From sequence record OW967251.1: a stretch of DNA of 64,000 nt; one strand, given 5' to 3'. A model generated the notes under the pieces. That model did no database searches. It was not told where the DNA came from and was given only the letters and a program-made list of their open reading frames with translations. The position numbers and the translations under genes are program-made. Of the stretch, positions 9,679 through 20,816 are shown in pieces. Source of the stretch: a plasmid. Positions within the stretch are counted from its first letter, which is position 1. Each line of letters opens with the position of its first letter.

Positions 9679-11987
9679 CAGAAGTTCCCCCCAATCTCGA
9701 CATCATCCTGCTCATCGTGGCGGTGGCTGTGGTTGATATTGACCTCTTCACGCCGCTGCATATCCCGCTGCGTCTGCTCATCAGCCCAAGCGTCATACGC
9801 CTGCATGTCTTCAATCACACCGTCCTCGTTCATGCCGGCCGGCAGCATGTCCTGCCCCTGCTCTGCGGACTGCTGCGCCAGCTCCTGTTCTGTCCCGCCT
9901 GCAGCTGCTGCAGGGATACCGGCAGAGGACGCTGTTGAGGCAGCAGCGGCCGCTGCGGCTGCTTTTGGTTTGATCAACGGTACGGTCGTGACCCGCAGGA
10001 CGGGCGGCTCCGTTGCTCTGACGGAAGGTTCCGCTGCCGGCATCTTCGTTGTCGGCGGCGCTTTTACCGGTGCCGGAGATACTGTCATGTCTGCTGGGGC
10101 AGGCTGACTGACCGGCTCAGGCTGTTCTCCGGCGTGACTGTCTGTATCAGCCGGCCCCGATGCCGGCGCATCCGGCGTGAAAAGTGCCCTGGCAAGACTC
10201 CCTTCAGCTTCCCGCTCTTCAAGCAGCGCACTGAGCCGGGCGTCTACACGCGTATCGAGTCGGCGCGGAATAAATCCCTCGGTAATTTTCGGACGCGGCT
10301 TGTATTTGAGGGCCAGCTTCACGGCCGGATACGGTCCGGGCAGCGTGACGTAACAGGACAGGTCCGGCAGCGTCTGAATATCGGAGTAACTGACCAGGGT
10401 TTCCCGCTCTTTTTCTTTCCCGGTCGATACACCATCACGCACCGGGTCAGCACCGTAGGAGTACTGCTCGCTGGCCTTGAGGATTTCCTTTTCGCCAATT
10501 TCACCGGCAGCAAACTCCGCGATCTCCCTGCTGGGTGAACGGAAGAAGGCCCGGGTGTTCATTACGTCAAAGAGCGTGGCGGCAGGCTTAACGCCATAGA
10601 TGTCTTCCAGCTGGGCATAGGACTGAATACCGAACACATAACAACCACCAAATTTACGCGCCTCCGGGAGGATTTCGACCAGGTCCGGCAGCTTGTGCAG
10701 CGTGGGGAGCTCGTCAGCGAAAATCCAAACACGCCGGTTACGGTTCTCCCCCATCGCCAGCAGGCCGCGGATAGCAATCGACAGCCACATTGAGATAACC
10801 GGCTTCAGGGAGGCATGGGTGTCAGCGTTGGAGGAGATAAACAACCAGCCATTGGGTCGGTCCTCACGGACACCCCGCATCCAGTCCCGGATAGTGAATG
10901 GCTCGCCGTTCTTCTCAATGCCCTGCAGGTAGCGAATAGCCTTGACGTAGTTGGTCAGCACGGCACGAATGGAGATGGCCGTTTTCTCAATTTTCTCTTC
11001 AACCAGGTTCGCTGCCGGCGTGTTCTGCAGATAGGCGCGCAGCTTGTCGATTTTAATGGACAGCATGGTATCGACCAGTTTCTCGTAGCTGCGATCCTTG
11101 TCTTCACGCATCAGGTACGCGCCTTCGGCAAAGATAGTGCGACCGGAACCCTGCCAGAACGGGTCTTCTTTGGTACCCATCGGGATAAGGGTGTTGGAGA
11201 TGTTGTCGAAGTCCGGCAGCGTCAGGCACTCTTTCCACAAATCCCAGGCCGCGCAGCGCGAGTCCAGCGGGTTGAGGATTTTATCCAGTGACGGGTCGTA
11301 ATAGCTTTTGACGAACTCACAGGAGCGATCGTAAATGATGGCCATATCGCCCCGGGCACGCACGTAGTTCAGTAGCCGGCGGATCACTTCTGATTTACCG
11401 GAACCCACGGTACCGTGGAGGCAGAAGTTCTGGATTTCGGAGTTTTTAAGAATAGGCAGGTCGCCAATTTTAATATCGGAGGCCATACCATCACGCTTCA
11501 TCTGACGGGCCACTTCCTTGGGCTTATCGGAAAGCTGGCGCCCGCCGGTATTCTCATCCTCACTCTGCTGTTTCCCCTGGCGGCCCAGCACCCAGCTGGC
11601 GATGAAGAACGTCACGATACAGATGACAAGAGAAACCACGGCAGCAAAGACGAAACCGGTCCACAGCTGCTCTCCGCACCAGATAGTATATTTATCGGCC
11701 AGGATTTGTTCTGAGGTATATTCCAGAGACTGGCCGTAATACTGAATGGTGTATACCGGCTGGGAACGAATAATATCGCGCATCGGACCCAGCGTCGTAC
11801 ACCACCAGTATACGCAGCCGTTCACAAAGGTTTGCCAGCTAAGCCTATACATCAGCATCAGCCCGCACAGCACCCAGAATAAAATAAACAGCACGTAGAA
11901 AATAATATTGGCAATCTGACCAAACATGCGAAAGCGCATATTGGCGATCTGACCGCCCTGCGTCATATCTTTGGCATTGAAACTCAT
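9678..11987 (-). CDS. traD: TraD, the type IV coupling protein.
   Basis: The N-terminus [28 protein letters not shown] matches F TraD. It has a Walker A motif (GTVGSGKSE). The C-terminal tail is proline/alanine-rich. Confidence 0.95.
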   Translation of the reverse strand: MSFNAKDMTQGGQIANMRFRMFGQIANIIFYVLFILFWVLCGLMLMYRLSWQTFVNGCVYWWCTTLGPMRDIIRSQPVYTIQYYGQSLEYTSEQILADKYTIWCGEQLWTGFVFAAVVSLVICIVTFFIASWVLGRQGKQQSEDENTGGRQLSDKPKEVARQMKRDGMASDIKIGDLPILKNSEIQNFCLHGTVGSGKSEVIRRLLNYVRARGDMAIIYDRSCEFVKSYYDPSLDKILNPLDSRCAAWDLWKECLTLPDFDNISNTLIPMGTKEDPFWQGSGRTIFAEGAYLMREDKDRSYEKLVDTMLSIKIDKLRAYLQNTPAANLVEEKIEKTAISIRAVLTNYVKAIRYLQGIEKNGEPFTIRDWMRGVREDRPNGWLFISSNADTHASLKPVISMWLSIAIRGLLAMGENRNRRVWIFADELPTLHKLPDLVEILPEARKFGGCYVFGIQSYAQLEDIYGVKPAATLFDVMNTRAFFRSPSREIAEFAAGEIGEKEILKASEQYSYGADPVRDGVSTGKEKERETLVSYSDIQTLPDLSCYVTLPGPYPAVKLALKYKPRPKITEGFIPRRLDTRVDARLSALLEEREAEGSLARALFTPDAPASGPADTDSHAGEQPEPVSQPAPADMTVSPAPVKAPPTTKMPAAEPSVRATEPPVLRVTTVPLIKPKAAAAAAAASTASSAGIPAAAAGGTEQELAQQSAEQGQDMLPAGMNEDGVIEDMQAYDAWADEQTQRDMQRREEVNINHSHRHDEQDDVEIGGNF

Positions 11988-12346
11988 GGCACTAATCCGT
12001 CAGTAAATTATTAGGGTCGAAAGGACAAATCAATCAGCGAAAACAAACCTCACGGCGTTGCAGGGAATAAGCCTCCCCCATAGCAGGGTGTGGATAAATA
12101 TCGCCAGGCATCAGTTTATGTGTTTCAAGAGACATGACAGGTTCAGATATTGCCATAAATAACCTCTATTCAAATAAAGACGAAAAGATTCCGCCGAAGG
12201 CGGCAACGCCTCACAGATGCACAAATAAATTGCGCAACTGTTCACCGTTCAGATCTGGAATTCATAGATTATTTGACGAATTAATTCTGACACACCAGAA
12301 AGGGGATGCCAGTATGGCCCGGGGACCGGGCCGTGGAATAGAAAGC

Positions 12347-13117
12347 TTACAGAATATTAGCGATCGATTTTGCCAGCTGGTCTTCAAGAACAGGCTGGGC
12401 TTCAGGGAACTTGAGGTTAACTTTATTAGCGTTAGAGACGACGCGAGTCTGGTATTTGTGCTGATTACCCGTTTCAGTACTTGTCTGCACTTTTGCGCCG
12501 GATGTTCCCTGACGTAATACGGCCACGTTATCAGTCTGAACCTGAGTTTTGGTTCTTTCCGCGATCTGAACATCGGTGATCATGGTGTAGTTCACATCTT
12601 CCACCATCGCGTCAGCAGCCATACCAACCAGACCGGCTGCAAGTCCTACACCCAGAGTCGCCCCTGCAGAACTGGAGTTGTAAGCGGTAATCCCTGCCCC
12701 TAAAGCGGCGCCAGTCACAGCGCCCTCATAACCCCGGCTTAACCAGCCCTGAGACTCACGAAGGTCCATTTTATCGGCCTTAAGCACGTTCGCCTGGATC
12801 CAGTAGCCCGCCGTATCCGGGTTACTGACGACCTGATATCCCTTTGAAGTGACGGCGCTGGCAATTTTTGCCTGCAGGCCACTCATATCCTTATCGGAGG
12901 TATTTTTGATTTGCAGATAAACCGTCTTATTATTTGAAGGTTCCAGCCAGATTGTTTCGCTCATCTGGGTTTTTACTTCCAGATTTCTCTTTTTAATGGC
13001 GGTTCCCATTGCACTACATCCAGATAACACCAGCGCAGAGCTGACGACCATCACAGCCATGACTTTATTAAGCTTCATCCTGAATCCTTGTGACATAATC
13101 AATACGAGTAAATACAC
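12347..13117 (-). CDS. traT: TraT, the surface-exclusion outer-membrane lipoprotein.
   Basis: Lipobox LSGC plus [21 protein letters not shown], which matches F TraT. 256 aa. Confidence 0.95.
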   Translation of the reverse strand: MYLLVLIMSQGFRMKLNKVMAVMVVSSALVLSGCSAMGTAIKKRNLEVKTQMSETIWLEPSNNKTVYLQIKNTSDKDMSGLQAKIASAVTSKGYQVVSNPDTAGYWIQANVLKADKMDLRESQGWLSRGYEGAVTGAALGAGITAYNSSSAGATLGVGLAAGLVGMAADAMVEDVNYTMITDVQIAERTKTQVQTDNVAVLRQGTSGAKVQTSTETGNQHKYQTRVVSNANKVNLKFPEAQPVLEDQLAKSIANIL

Positions 13118-13267
13118 ATTCTCTTATGATTTCGGAATGCGCATTCACTATATGCGAATTTTAAGCGAGATGTAAAAACCAATAACAACCTAGACAGATA
13201 ATAATAACCAAAAGAAATTTTTAGTCTGTTAATAAACCACCATAATTGATAGGTCGCTTCTGGATGA

Positions 13268-13798
13268 TTACCCCCCCAACTTTTCCGCTCGGAAAGAGTT
13301 TATTGCAGAGGTGAGCAATGATAGCTGATAGCGTCCAAAATCCAGATTCATGACAAAACCAAAAAAAACAGACGTTAAAATAACCATAAATGCAAAAGAA
13401 AATGGCGTGTCATAAACCACTCTATTACAAATAGCTAATAACATAATCACTGCCATGTACACAACAGCATAAATCAAAACCTTCTTAGAAAAAAAGCGAT
13501 ATATATTCGATTTTTCTCTAAAGTTTTTAGGAACTGACAAAAAGAGAGAGCGTGAACTGGCAATACCTAGGAGCATAATGATACTGACCCCGACAGGAAA
13601 AACCAAAACATGAAATATATACTTTCCGGTCAAATAAACAGCATCCACACTAATTACAGCGCAAAGCATATTCCATGCAACTAACACTACGCCAGGCCAA
13701 AGGCACTTCCAAAAAGATGGAATTTCAGTCTTCCCTTGTGAAAGTAGATTTTTCAGCTCCTCCACTTCCTCAATAAGTAGTTTGTTCGTAATCATCAT
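13268..13798 (-). CDS. traS: TraS, the entry-exclusion inner-membrane protein.
   Basis: 176 aa and very hydrophobic. It sits between traG and traT as in F. TraS is poorly conserved in sequence, so this call is by position. Confidence 0.6.
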   Translation of the reverse strand: MMITNKLLIEEVEELKNLLSQGKTEIPSFWKCLWPGVVLVAWNMLCAVISVDAVYLTGKYIFHVLVFPVGVSIIMLLGIASSRSLFLSVPKNFREKSNIYRFFSKKVLIYAVVYMAVIMLLAICNRVVYDTPFSFAFMVILTSVFFGFVMNLDFGRYQLSLLTSAINSFRAEKLGG

Positions 13799-13800
13799 TT

Positions 13801-16650
13801 TTACCTTTTACCATCAAGATAATCCTTTTGAATTTTCGCCGCTTTTGCCTCTAACTCAGTAGGCGAGTCAGCTCCTGGTAAAGATTTCACCTTACTCTTT
13901 CTTTCATTATAATCACCTTTAAACTCATTTGCTTTTGTTTTATGGTCCTTTTCCATTTCAGTATTCTCATTTTTCACCTCTGCGCCTTGCCGTTGTATGT
14001 TTTCGCGGGTTTCCTGCTGCTGTTGTTTATTCTCTGTAATCATCCCACCAACTTTCTGATCCACATTATCCTTAATACCCGCATCTTGCGTCATAGCATC
14101 GATACGACCAGAATTTTGTCGGTAGTCGGCCATTACCGATCCATTGTCACCACCACCTGACACCCCAGCCATATTCTGTCCAATGCTTTCACGACCCTGT
14201 TGATACGCAGCATCAACCCTGGGTTCTACCTGCTCTTTGACGAATTCACGCGCCAGGGCTTCACGCTGCGCCGCAATTTCAGGAGAACTGGTATTGGTCA
14301 GAATGGCCTCTGCATCCTGTGGAGCACGATGCTGAACAAAGTTCGCAAACTGCTGAGTCAGGTTTTCGTTCATCTGGCCAGTCATGCTCTCTGTGCGTGA
14401 CGCCATCTCACTGTACTCATGGCTGCGTGTCCGGCTGCTTGTATACTGGTCATAGCTGTTTTTGGCACTGGAGAGTGACGCGGCAAACTGGTCAACACGC
14501 GAGCTGGCATTATTATCGGTAATGTTGCCCGATGTGGTGGTTTTGCGGCTGGTAAAGTAATCGGATGCTTCCTTAAAGTCTTTGGCCGCCTGACTACTGG
14601 TATCATGTCGGCTGTCATTCGATTCACGACCGGAAGTGCCAACATTATCTGTGTTACCCGAGCTGTGGGTCCAACCCGCACTGCCTTTAACTCCGGCCTC
14701 AGCAGATAACCCAGTTCCCCATTTACCTAGCTTACCAAACAGCTGATCCCCTGAACTCCACTTACCAGATCCGTATAAATCAACGCCCTGCGTACTTTTA
14801 GCTGAATCATCCATCAACTGCTGGAAAGACTCCTCATTACTGATGTTGTTGGCTTTCGCATTAGCAACAACCGCATTCCACATCTTGCTTCTGGCCATCG
14901 AGTCCTGCGAAGACTCGGTAGTATCAGCTCCGGTCGTTGTTGAGGCGCTGTTCCCTTTATTGGTACCAAATTGCTGCAGACTATTCCAGGCACTTGTCAC
15001 GCTGCTGTTATAGCCATGCAGCGCGCTTTCGGCCTGGACATCAGCCTCACGGGCCATCTGTTGCTGCGCACTGGCTATCTGACGACCGACGTTGATATCC
15101 ACCGGCAGTTTTGACATTGCACCACCACTGTCCCAGACCATCGATCCATCCCTCGTCTGCGTGCTAATGCCCCCATTCGCCAGCTGCCGTGACATCTGTC
15201 CGAAACTGGTTGTACTGTTGGTACCCCAGCTGTAGCCGCTGACGTTCTCCATCTGCATGTTGGCGAAAGAGTAATTGCCGTCCACCACGCCGGAGGCAGC
15301 CTGCGATGTTGCACTGAGCCCCGATGAAGAAAAATGGCTGTAGGCACTGGAGAAGGCTGCTCCCATGCTCTTCACGATCCCCCACGACAAAGGCGGTATC
15401 ATCACGGCAATATAGCCCGCGGTGGTCGCAATATCCGAGTTTTTGAGCTGAACCTGCGACAACTCAGAGAGAACGACTGGGACGCCATTTTGCTTCGCAT
15501 AGTAGGCCATTGCGCTGTTCAGGATGGCGAACAGTAATGGCCACGTCTGCAGCCAGATAAGCGCAAACACATACCCCTTTAGCACCTGCAGAGTCATCAT
15601 ATTAAACATGGCGGCCATCACCATGATCGGGAACATCCCAATCATTATCCCCATGATAACGGTCTGCATCAGCGGAAGTGTGCGAAGCGCCTGGTGCCCC
15701 ATTGTGGCCTGTGCCAGCCGCTGCTTTTCAAGGGATGATGTGTTAGCCATATTGACCAGACTGGCGGTGTCCCCGCTGCGGGCCGCATAACTCTGGATCC
15801 CACTGCGCAGGGCGTTCATCGTGACGTTCTGGCGGATAATCTGCCCGGCGCTCTGTCCCGAGCTGTAGAAGTAATTGTAGCTGTCGCCAATCATCTGGCT
15901 GAAAAGCAGATCGGGATTAGGTTTGCCGCCAAACAGCTGACGAACATAGTAGTTCCAGGTTTTACCGCCTGTCTGAGTATCCAGCACGAGAGCCGATTTC
16001 AGATCCCGTGAGGCCTCCTCGCATGTCTGGAACTGGTTGTTTTTGTCAAACACGCCACGCAGTGGACTCGGGTTTGCAAAAATCAGGGTATACGGATCAG
16101 GTGAATTCAGTAATTCCTCAAAAGAGTACTTATGATTGAGGAAAATATCGCCCATCACACAGTTTTGTACGTAATCGGAAAACAGCGTCGTAATCTGAGG
16201 ATTTTGTGACAAAAAATCCGTACTTTTCGCGACCAGATTACTGCCAAATAACATCCCCGTTTTACTGTACGTGACACTGTCCGGCAGAGCGAAGACCATC
16301 TCATAACTCTGGATAAGCGCGTTTCCTGCCCGTGTTGTCAGCGACGCCGGAATCGCCAGACCAATAGGCACATTATCGACTTCATAGACCTGCGCAACGT
16401 TACTGTAATCGATGATCTGCACAGGGGTACGAATGACAACCAGCATAGAGACCAGGGTGAGGGAAAAGACCCAGCCAATAAGGTCCATTACGTTGTGTTT
16501 TTTTACCCAGTTCCCCGCCACAATGAGTACCGAGATGGCGATACACATCTTTTCTATAGTCGACCATGTGCTGGTCCCCATAAACGCCGCAATCGCGTTC
16601 AGGTTGCCCCGTAACCAGTCGCCGCCAGCAATGGCATATATCTCAAGCAT
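13801..16650 (-). CDS. traG: TraG (F-type), involved in mating-pair stabilisation and entry exclusion.
   Basis: 949 aa. The N-terminus MLEIYAIAGGDWLRGNLNAIAAFMG is F-TraG-like. It has an N-terminal polytopic domain and a large C-terminal periplasmic domain. Confidence 0.95.
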   Translation of the reverse strand: MLEIYAIAGGDWLRGNLNAIAAFMGTSTWSTIEKMCIAISVLIVAGNWVKKHNVMDLIGWVFSLTLVSMLVVIRTPVQIIDYSNVAQVYEVDNVPIGLAIPASLTTRAGNALIQSYEMVFALPDSVTYSKTGMLFGSNLVAKSTDFLSQNPQITTLFSDYVQNCVMGDIFLNHKYSFEELLNSPDPYTLIFANPSPLRGVFDKNNQFQTCEEASRDLKSALVLDTQTGGKTWNYYVRQLFGGKPNPDLLFSQMIGDSYNYFYSSGQSAGQIIRQNVTMNALRSGIQSYAARSGDTASLVNMANTSSLEKQRLAQATMGHQALRTLPLMQTVIMGIMIGMFPIMVMAAMFNMMTLQVLKGYVFALIWLQTWPLLFAILNSAMAYYAKQNGVPVVLSELSQVQLKNSDIATTAGYIAVMIPPLSWGIVKSMGAAFSSAYSHFSSSGLSATSQAASGVVDGNYSFANMQMENVSGYSWGTNSTTSFGQMSRQLANGGISTQTRDGSMVWDSGGAMSKLPVDINVGRQIASAQQQMAREADVQAESALHGYNSSVTSAWNSLQQFGTNKGNSASTTTGADTTESSQDSMARSKMWNAVVANAKANNISNEESFQQLMDDSAKSTQGVDLYGSGKWSSGDQLFGKLGKWGTGLSAEAGVKGSAGWTHSSGNTDNVGTSGRESNDSRHDTSSQAAKDFKEASDYFTSRKTTTSGNITDNNASSRVDQFAASLSSAKNSYDQYTSSRTRSHEYSEMASRTESMTGQMNENLTQQFANFVQHRAPQDAEAILTNTSSPEIAAQREALAREFVKEQVEPRVDAAYQQGRESIGQNMAGVSGGGDNGSVMADYRQNSGRIDAMTQDAGIKDNVDQKVGGMITENKQQQQETRENIQRQGAEVKNENTEMEKDHKTKANEFKGDYNERKSKVKSLPGADSPTELEAKAAKIQKDYLDGKR

Positions 16651-18020
16651 TACAGATTCCCCCCAAAATGATAGTTATTCTGGTAGCGGGTCATCATGCG
16701 GGCAGAGACCTGCTGGCGCATGTAACTCATTTGCCTGTCAACCACAAGCAAGGCGTCCTGCTGAACCTGAACACGGGACTGAAAAGCGGCAATCTGGACA
16801 CTCGCCTGATTGAGGTTTTCCATGATCATATCCATTGTCGACTGGGGATAATTACCGGTTGAAATCATCGCCCGGGCCTGCTGGATAAGTTCCTGAATGT
16901 ACTGCAGCAGGATGTCGTAGCCGATATAGTCCGTCAGCTGGTAAATAAGTGAGTTAGACACCCCGAGCATCTGCGGATCGACCAGGTATTTGAATACCGG
17001 AATGGTGGTGCTGGAGATAAACCCTTTCTCCTGATCCGTCAGTTTTTCATCAGCCACTGCTTTATTCTGGATACTGCTTAACAAAGCGGAAATCTGGCTT
17101 TTTAGCGCTTTACTGGAAGTGATGGTCACGGTCGCATCAGCAACGACCTTAAGACACTTATCCGAATCATTGCAGTGGTAGATTTTAGCCGTGCCGCCCT
17201 CCATCATGGCTCTAATCAGATCCTGGTCAGTGGTGCGTGCCGGCAGCGGCGTGATTTCACTGTTCTCCCCGAAAATCAGCGTACCGGTGAGCGTCATGAT
17301 GAATTCCTTCAGCTCCTTATTGCCGTCGAAGAGCCGGTTCTTCGATAAGGCATTCCACATGATGTTGATGTTTTTCATCACACGTTCTTTGTCTTTATCG
17401 CTGGCCTTATCCTGGACGCTGTCCATCTTGCCGCCCACCGTACAACCCTGGCGCGACGCGGCCCAGTCCGAAAAGATATTGCTTTCACCGGCAATGTCCT
17501 GGCAGACCTTTTGTTGAGCGACCTGGGTACGAGGAAACAGGCCACCCACAATTCCCTGAGCAGCCTGGCAGGAACTGAGGTTCATGCTGTTCATGTCAGT
17601 GGCCATCTTTTGAAGGAAGTCCTTTGCGGTTTTAATCTCCGGTACCGTGGTTTGCAAAGCGAGATCAAAAAAGTACCCCGCGGCGTTGCTCATGATTTGT
17701 TTTGCGAACCTCTGCAGCTGCTCGCTGTTGATATAGCTGAATGACCCTAGATAGGCATCAATCCCTCCGCAGCCGGCATTAATATCAGGGAGCGTCATGC
17801 TGACCAGCTGGATCGTTTTCACCTGCGTTCTGGCATACAGCGAACCGCCGGAGGCGTAACCCGCAGCCTGTCCCTGCCAGACCTGCGGCTGGCTGGTATT
17901 GGACGCAAAGCCCAGCTTATTGAAGAAGTTATTCATGTCACCGTTAACATCTGCAGCCGCCGTCAATGACACCCCTAGCAACATCCCACAAAGCACCGAT
18001 AATGGTTTACGGATGAACAT
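16650..18020 (-). CDS. traH: TraH, the pilus-assembly protein.
   Basis: 456 aa with a signal peptide and F-TraH-like sequence. Its position matches F synteny. Confidence 0.93.
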   Translation of the reverse strand: MFIRKPLSVLCGMLLGVSLTAAADVNGDMNNFFNKLGFASNTSQPQVWQGQAAGYASGGSLYARTQVKTIQLVSMTLPDINAGCGGIDAYLGSFSYINSEQLQRFAKQIMSNAAGYFFDLALQTTVPEIKTAKDFLQKMATDMNSMNLSSCQAAQGIVGGLFPRTQVAQQKVCQDIAGESNIFSDWAASRQGCTVGGKMDSVQDKASDKDKERVMKNINIMWNALSKNRLFDGNKELKEFIMTLTGTLIFGENSEITPLPARTTDQDLIRAMMEGGTAKIYHCNDSDKCLKVVADATVTITSSKALKSQISALLSSIQNKAVADEKLTDQEKGFISSTTIPVFKYLVDPQMLGVSNSLIYQLTDYIGYDILLQYIQELIQQARAMISTGNYPQSTMDMIMENLNQASVQIAAFQSRVQVQQDALLVVDRQMSYMRQQVSARMMTRYQNNYHFGGNL

Positions 18021-18435
18021 CAGGCTCTCCTTCTTTCATTTTATTTTTCCGTCGAAGGTTGCGGTTTAAATATCTCTGGAAGCTTTTTTCAAAGGCATAT
18101 TCAAACCAAAAAGCTAGTTCGGCAATGAGTACCCCCAGCAAAGCCGTTGCCAGACAACCAATGGAAAGCGAGAAAAGAATAAAGGGAACGAAATACATCA
18201 GGACATTCCACTGATTGATGATGTTATTTGCCGACTCCAGTTTTTCCGGCGGGGTTAACAGGTCAGTGAACACATTGAAAAAAGCATGGCTTCCCCACCA
18301 CAGAAATAATCCGGCAAAACCAAACATAAAAGCGAGACAATAATAAACATCGAATCTCTTTTGCCGGGATAACTTCAGGCGTTTATTTCTTTCCAGTACG
18401 GGTATCGAAGAATATATTTTGTTGAGATTATCCAT
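18007..18435 (-). CDS. trbF: TrbF-like small membrane protein.
   Basis: 142 aa with 2 transmembrane segments, immediately upstream of traH as in F. Confidence 0.55.
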   Translation of the reverse strand: MDNLNKIYSSIPVLERNKRLKLSRQKRFDVYYCLAFMFGFAGLFLWWGSHAFFNVFTDLLTPPEKLESANNIINQWNVLMYFVPFILFSLSIGCLATALLGVLIAELAFWFEYAFEKSFQRYLNRNLRRKNKMKEGEPDVHP

Positions 18436-18985
18436 TATTCGGGTTCTCCATCATCTGAAATACCGTATCCACTCTGGCCATAAAGCCCTGCGCATCCGTG
18501 GCGCCCTGCAGGATCGGGTACGCTGCCAGCGTGTTTACGTTCACCAGAAACGTGGTCGGGGTGGCCACCGGGATATTCGGGAAAAAGGTCTGCATCACGT
18601 CAGGAGGCGCCGGCAGCGCTTCAGGAAACGCATCATCACCCTGTCCGTCAATGGTGTAAGAAAACACGGAGAAGCCATACTGTCCGGCCAGCTGTTTCAG
18701 CACCGGGTCAAATTTATGACAGTAGGGACAGTGCCCCTGCATGAACAGCACCACTTTCCAGTCGCGCAGGTCCACCTGCTTTCCGTTGCTGAGTCGTAAC
18801 CAGCGAGGCTGAGATGCCCCGCTCACCGCCTGGGGAGTGCTGCTCTGCGGGGAAGCAGTTTCAGTACCGGAGATTCCCTGCGGATCCCAGAGCGACTTCA
18901 CCTCATCGAGCGTTCCCGCATGTGCCATCCCGGCCAGAGCAAGGGAAAGAGCCAGTGCCGCCAGCGGCGTCTTAGCGAGGTTCAT
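18428..18985 (-). CDS. trbB: TrbB, a periplasmic thioredoxin-fold disulfide isomerase.
   Basis: CPYC active site. The block WKVVLFMQGHCPYCHKFDPVLKQLAGQYGFSVFSYTIDGQGD is near-identical to F TrbB. The start is chosen at MNLAKT, where the signal peptide begins. Confidence 0.85.
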   Translation of the reverse strand: MNLAKTPLAALALSLALAGMAHAGTLDEVKSLWDPQGISGTETASPQSSTPQAVSGASQPRWLRLSNGKQVDLRDWKVVLFMQGHCPYCHKFDPVLKQLAGQYGFSVFSYTIDGQGDDAFPEALPAPPDVMQTFFPNIPVATPTTFLVNVNTLAAYPILQGATDAQGFMARVDTVFQMMENPNNG

Positions 18986-19253
18986 CAGGCTGTTTTTCAC
19001 AGGCTTTCTCCTCTTTTTCGGCTTCAGCAATCAGGGCGTTTAGAATGCGGTATCCCCCGAACACCACCATACCCAGCCCGAAGATTTCCCCGGCCTGGAC
19101 GGCCAGCTCAGGCTGTTTTCTGACAAGCCGGGCTATCAGGTGGAAAAACACGCCCACGGCCAGCACCCACATCCCGGTGATATCTAAATCCGGAAAACGA
19201 ATATTTCGCATGACACACTCCTTAGAAATTCGGTTTAAAGTCGCTGGAGACAT
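18972..19253 (-). CDS. traQ: TraQ, the pilin chaperone.
   Basis: About 93 aa. It carries the LDITGMW motif shared with F TraQ (PRLDITGMWVFSLGVWFHIVARL). No trbA or artA genes are present here, and there is no trbJ between trbB and trbF. Confidence 0.75.
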   Translation of the reverse strand: MSPATLNRISKECVMRNIRFPDLDITGMWVLAVGVFFHLIARLVRKQPELAVQAGEIFGLGMVVFGGYRILNALIAEAEKEEKACEKQPDEPR

Positions 19254-19974
19254 AGAGGAACTGTTTCGCCAGGTCGTCCTGACTGATAAAGCCGTAACTG
19301 AGAGGCTTCACCTGGCCACTTTTCGGGTTAACCAGCATCATCGCGGGGAAGAACTTCACGCCAAGCTGCTCTGCCTGGCCCTGGTCCGTCCGGCTGTCGG
19401 GCAGCATGGGGTTAATCACTCCGTCAACCGACACCGGTATCACGCTCAGGCCATAGGTTTCGCGAAAATTTTTAATCACCTGGACCAGCTGGCCATCGAT
19501 CGCTTCCCGGCCCCGGTAGAAGAACATCACGCCGTAGTGCTGTGCGAGGGTGGAGATAGCCTGTCGCTGTTCGGCATAGTCGGCAGCGAGCTGGTTTTTT
19601 ACCGTGCCGTTGTAGTGGCTGTACTGCAGGTTGTAATCGAGTTCGGGGTTTTCCAGCATGGCTTTCTTCGCACTCATCGAGAACAAACCTGCCTGCTGCG
19701 TCCAGTAGTTCTGCAGCCGGAAATACTTCACGAAGTTTTCAGACGATGGATACAGAATGGCTTCGTACAACGACCGTTTGGTGGCCGCCTGGAGTGTGGC
19801 GAGTTTCTCCAGAATATCCATTTGCGGCGGTGGTGCCGCTGGTACGGCTTTCCTGTCCTCATCACGGGGCTTCAGTTTCTCGTTGTACCACTGCCAGCCC
19901 GCGTCTTTGGCGAAAGCCGGCATCAGGGCGCAGCAAAGGCACCCCGCCAGCATGGCGGCATGTATTGTTCGCAT
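19222..19974 (-). CDS. traF: TraF, a thioredoxin-like pilus-assembly protein lacking CXXC.
   Basis: 250 aa with a signal peptide and F-TraF-like sequence (WQWYNEK...). Confidence 0.9.
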   Translation of the reverse strand: MRTIHAAMLAGCLCCALMPAFAKDAGWQWYNEKLKPRDEDRKAVPAAPPPQMDILEKLATLQAATKRSLYEAILYPSSENFVKYFRLQNYWTQQAGLFSMSAKKAMLENPELDYNLQYSHYNGTVKNQLAADYAEQRQAISTLAQHYGVMFFYRGREAIDGQLVQVIKNFRETYGLSVIPVSVDGVINPMLPDSRTDQGQAEQLGVKFFPAMMLVNPKSGQVKPLSYGFISQDDLAKQFLYVSSDFKPNF

Positions 19975-19994
19975 GGCAAATACCCTTTTATGAA

Positions 19995-20327
19995 TTAATG
20001 CGACTGGCGTGACAGATGCTGATAGACACTGTATTTATCGAGCTGGCGCTGTACCTTTCCTGCATCATCACGGGCTTCAAAGCGATAACCGCTGCAGTAC
20101 AGAGGCAGATAATTTATCTGAAGGTCCACCCGCTCCCCGTCCCTGATCACCCACGCGGCCTGAGAAACAGTGTCGCACTGGATCCCCCAGGCCCGGTTGG
20201 TTGTCATAAATGCGTTAACCTGCCTGTCCCGCCACAGGCTGTACGACATAATGCTGACCAGGAGAAAGACAAACACCCCGACAAACACCATGACCAGCCC
20301 GTATGCTTTTTTCTCTTCCATGAACAC
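19995..20327 (-). CDS. Hypothetical membrane-anchored protein in the trbE region, between traN and traF.
   Basis: 110 aa with an N-terminal transmembrane segment and a periplasmic domain carrying 2 Cys. Confidence 0.45.
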   Translation of the reverse strand: MFMEEKKAYGLVMVFVGVFVFLLVSIMSYSLWRDRQVNAFMTTNRAWGIQCDTVSQAAWVIRDGERVDLQINYLPLYCSGYRFEARDDAGKVQRQLDKYSVYQHLSRQSH

Positions 20328-20366
20328 TCCTGTCTGTTTTGCTGATTAAAGCGGTGACGTCCGTCT

Positions 20367-20552
20367 TTATGGCATTAATCGTCTGGCTATAATCGTGAGA
20401 ACAAAAATAAACAATAAAGATCTAACAACCACGAACCCATCATCGCTCGTTAATAACGTTGCCATGTTAATTATCAACAGAACAGGAATAAGGATTACCC
20501 CTGCTAACCTGAACCAATCTTTAAACTTATTAAACCTGCGCACCGTCTTCAT
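20367..20552 (-). CDS. Hypothetical small membrane protein (61 aa).
   Basis: ORF with one transmembrane segment. Its end overlaps the upstream ORF by 4 nt, which suggests translational coupling. Confidence 0.35.
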   Translation of the reverse strand: MKTVRRFNKFKDWFRLAGVILIPVLLIINMATLLTSDDGFVVVRSLLFIFVLTIIARRLMP

Positions 20553-20785
20553 TCTTCCTCCGTCTTTTTCCGTAACAACGCGGCAAGCGAACTAAAAAAG
20601 AGATAGCTCACGAACCAGAAAAAACCAACCGCAACAATAAAAACCACACTCTCGACATAATCACTCCCCGACGTCGCTTTGACGGCATCCCAGGAGAAAT
20701 AAATCACCGGTGAAATAATGATTATTGTCAGCGTTAATCTCAGAACAAAATCAATGGCATGCTGTTTGTGAAAATTAATTTTCAT
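20549..20785 (-). CDS. TrbE-like small membrane protein (78 aa).
   Basis: Two transmembrane helices. It is immediately downstream of traN, where trbE lies in F. Confidence 0.4.
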   Translation of the reverse strand: MKINFHKQHAIDFVLRLTLTIIIISPVIYFSWDAVKATSGSDYVESVVFIVAVGFFWFVSYLFFSSLAALLRKKTEEE

Positions 20786-20816
20786 GATTATCGGTCTCTT
20801 TATTAGTCAGCATGGT

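Noticed and set aside
12134-12573. Overlapping small ORFs in the traT-traD intergenic region.
   Set aside because: They overlap on opposite strands and lack ribosome-binding sites. The region is more likely a terminator and promoter spacer, as in F.
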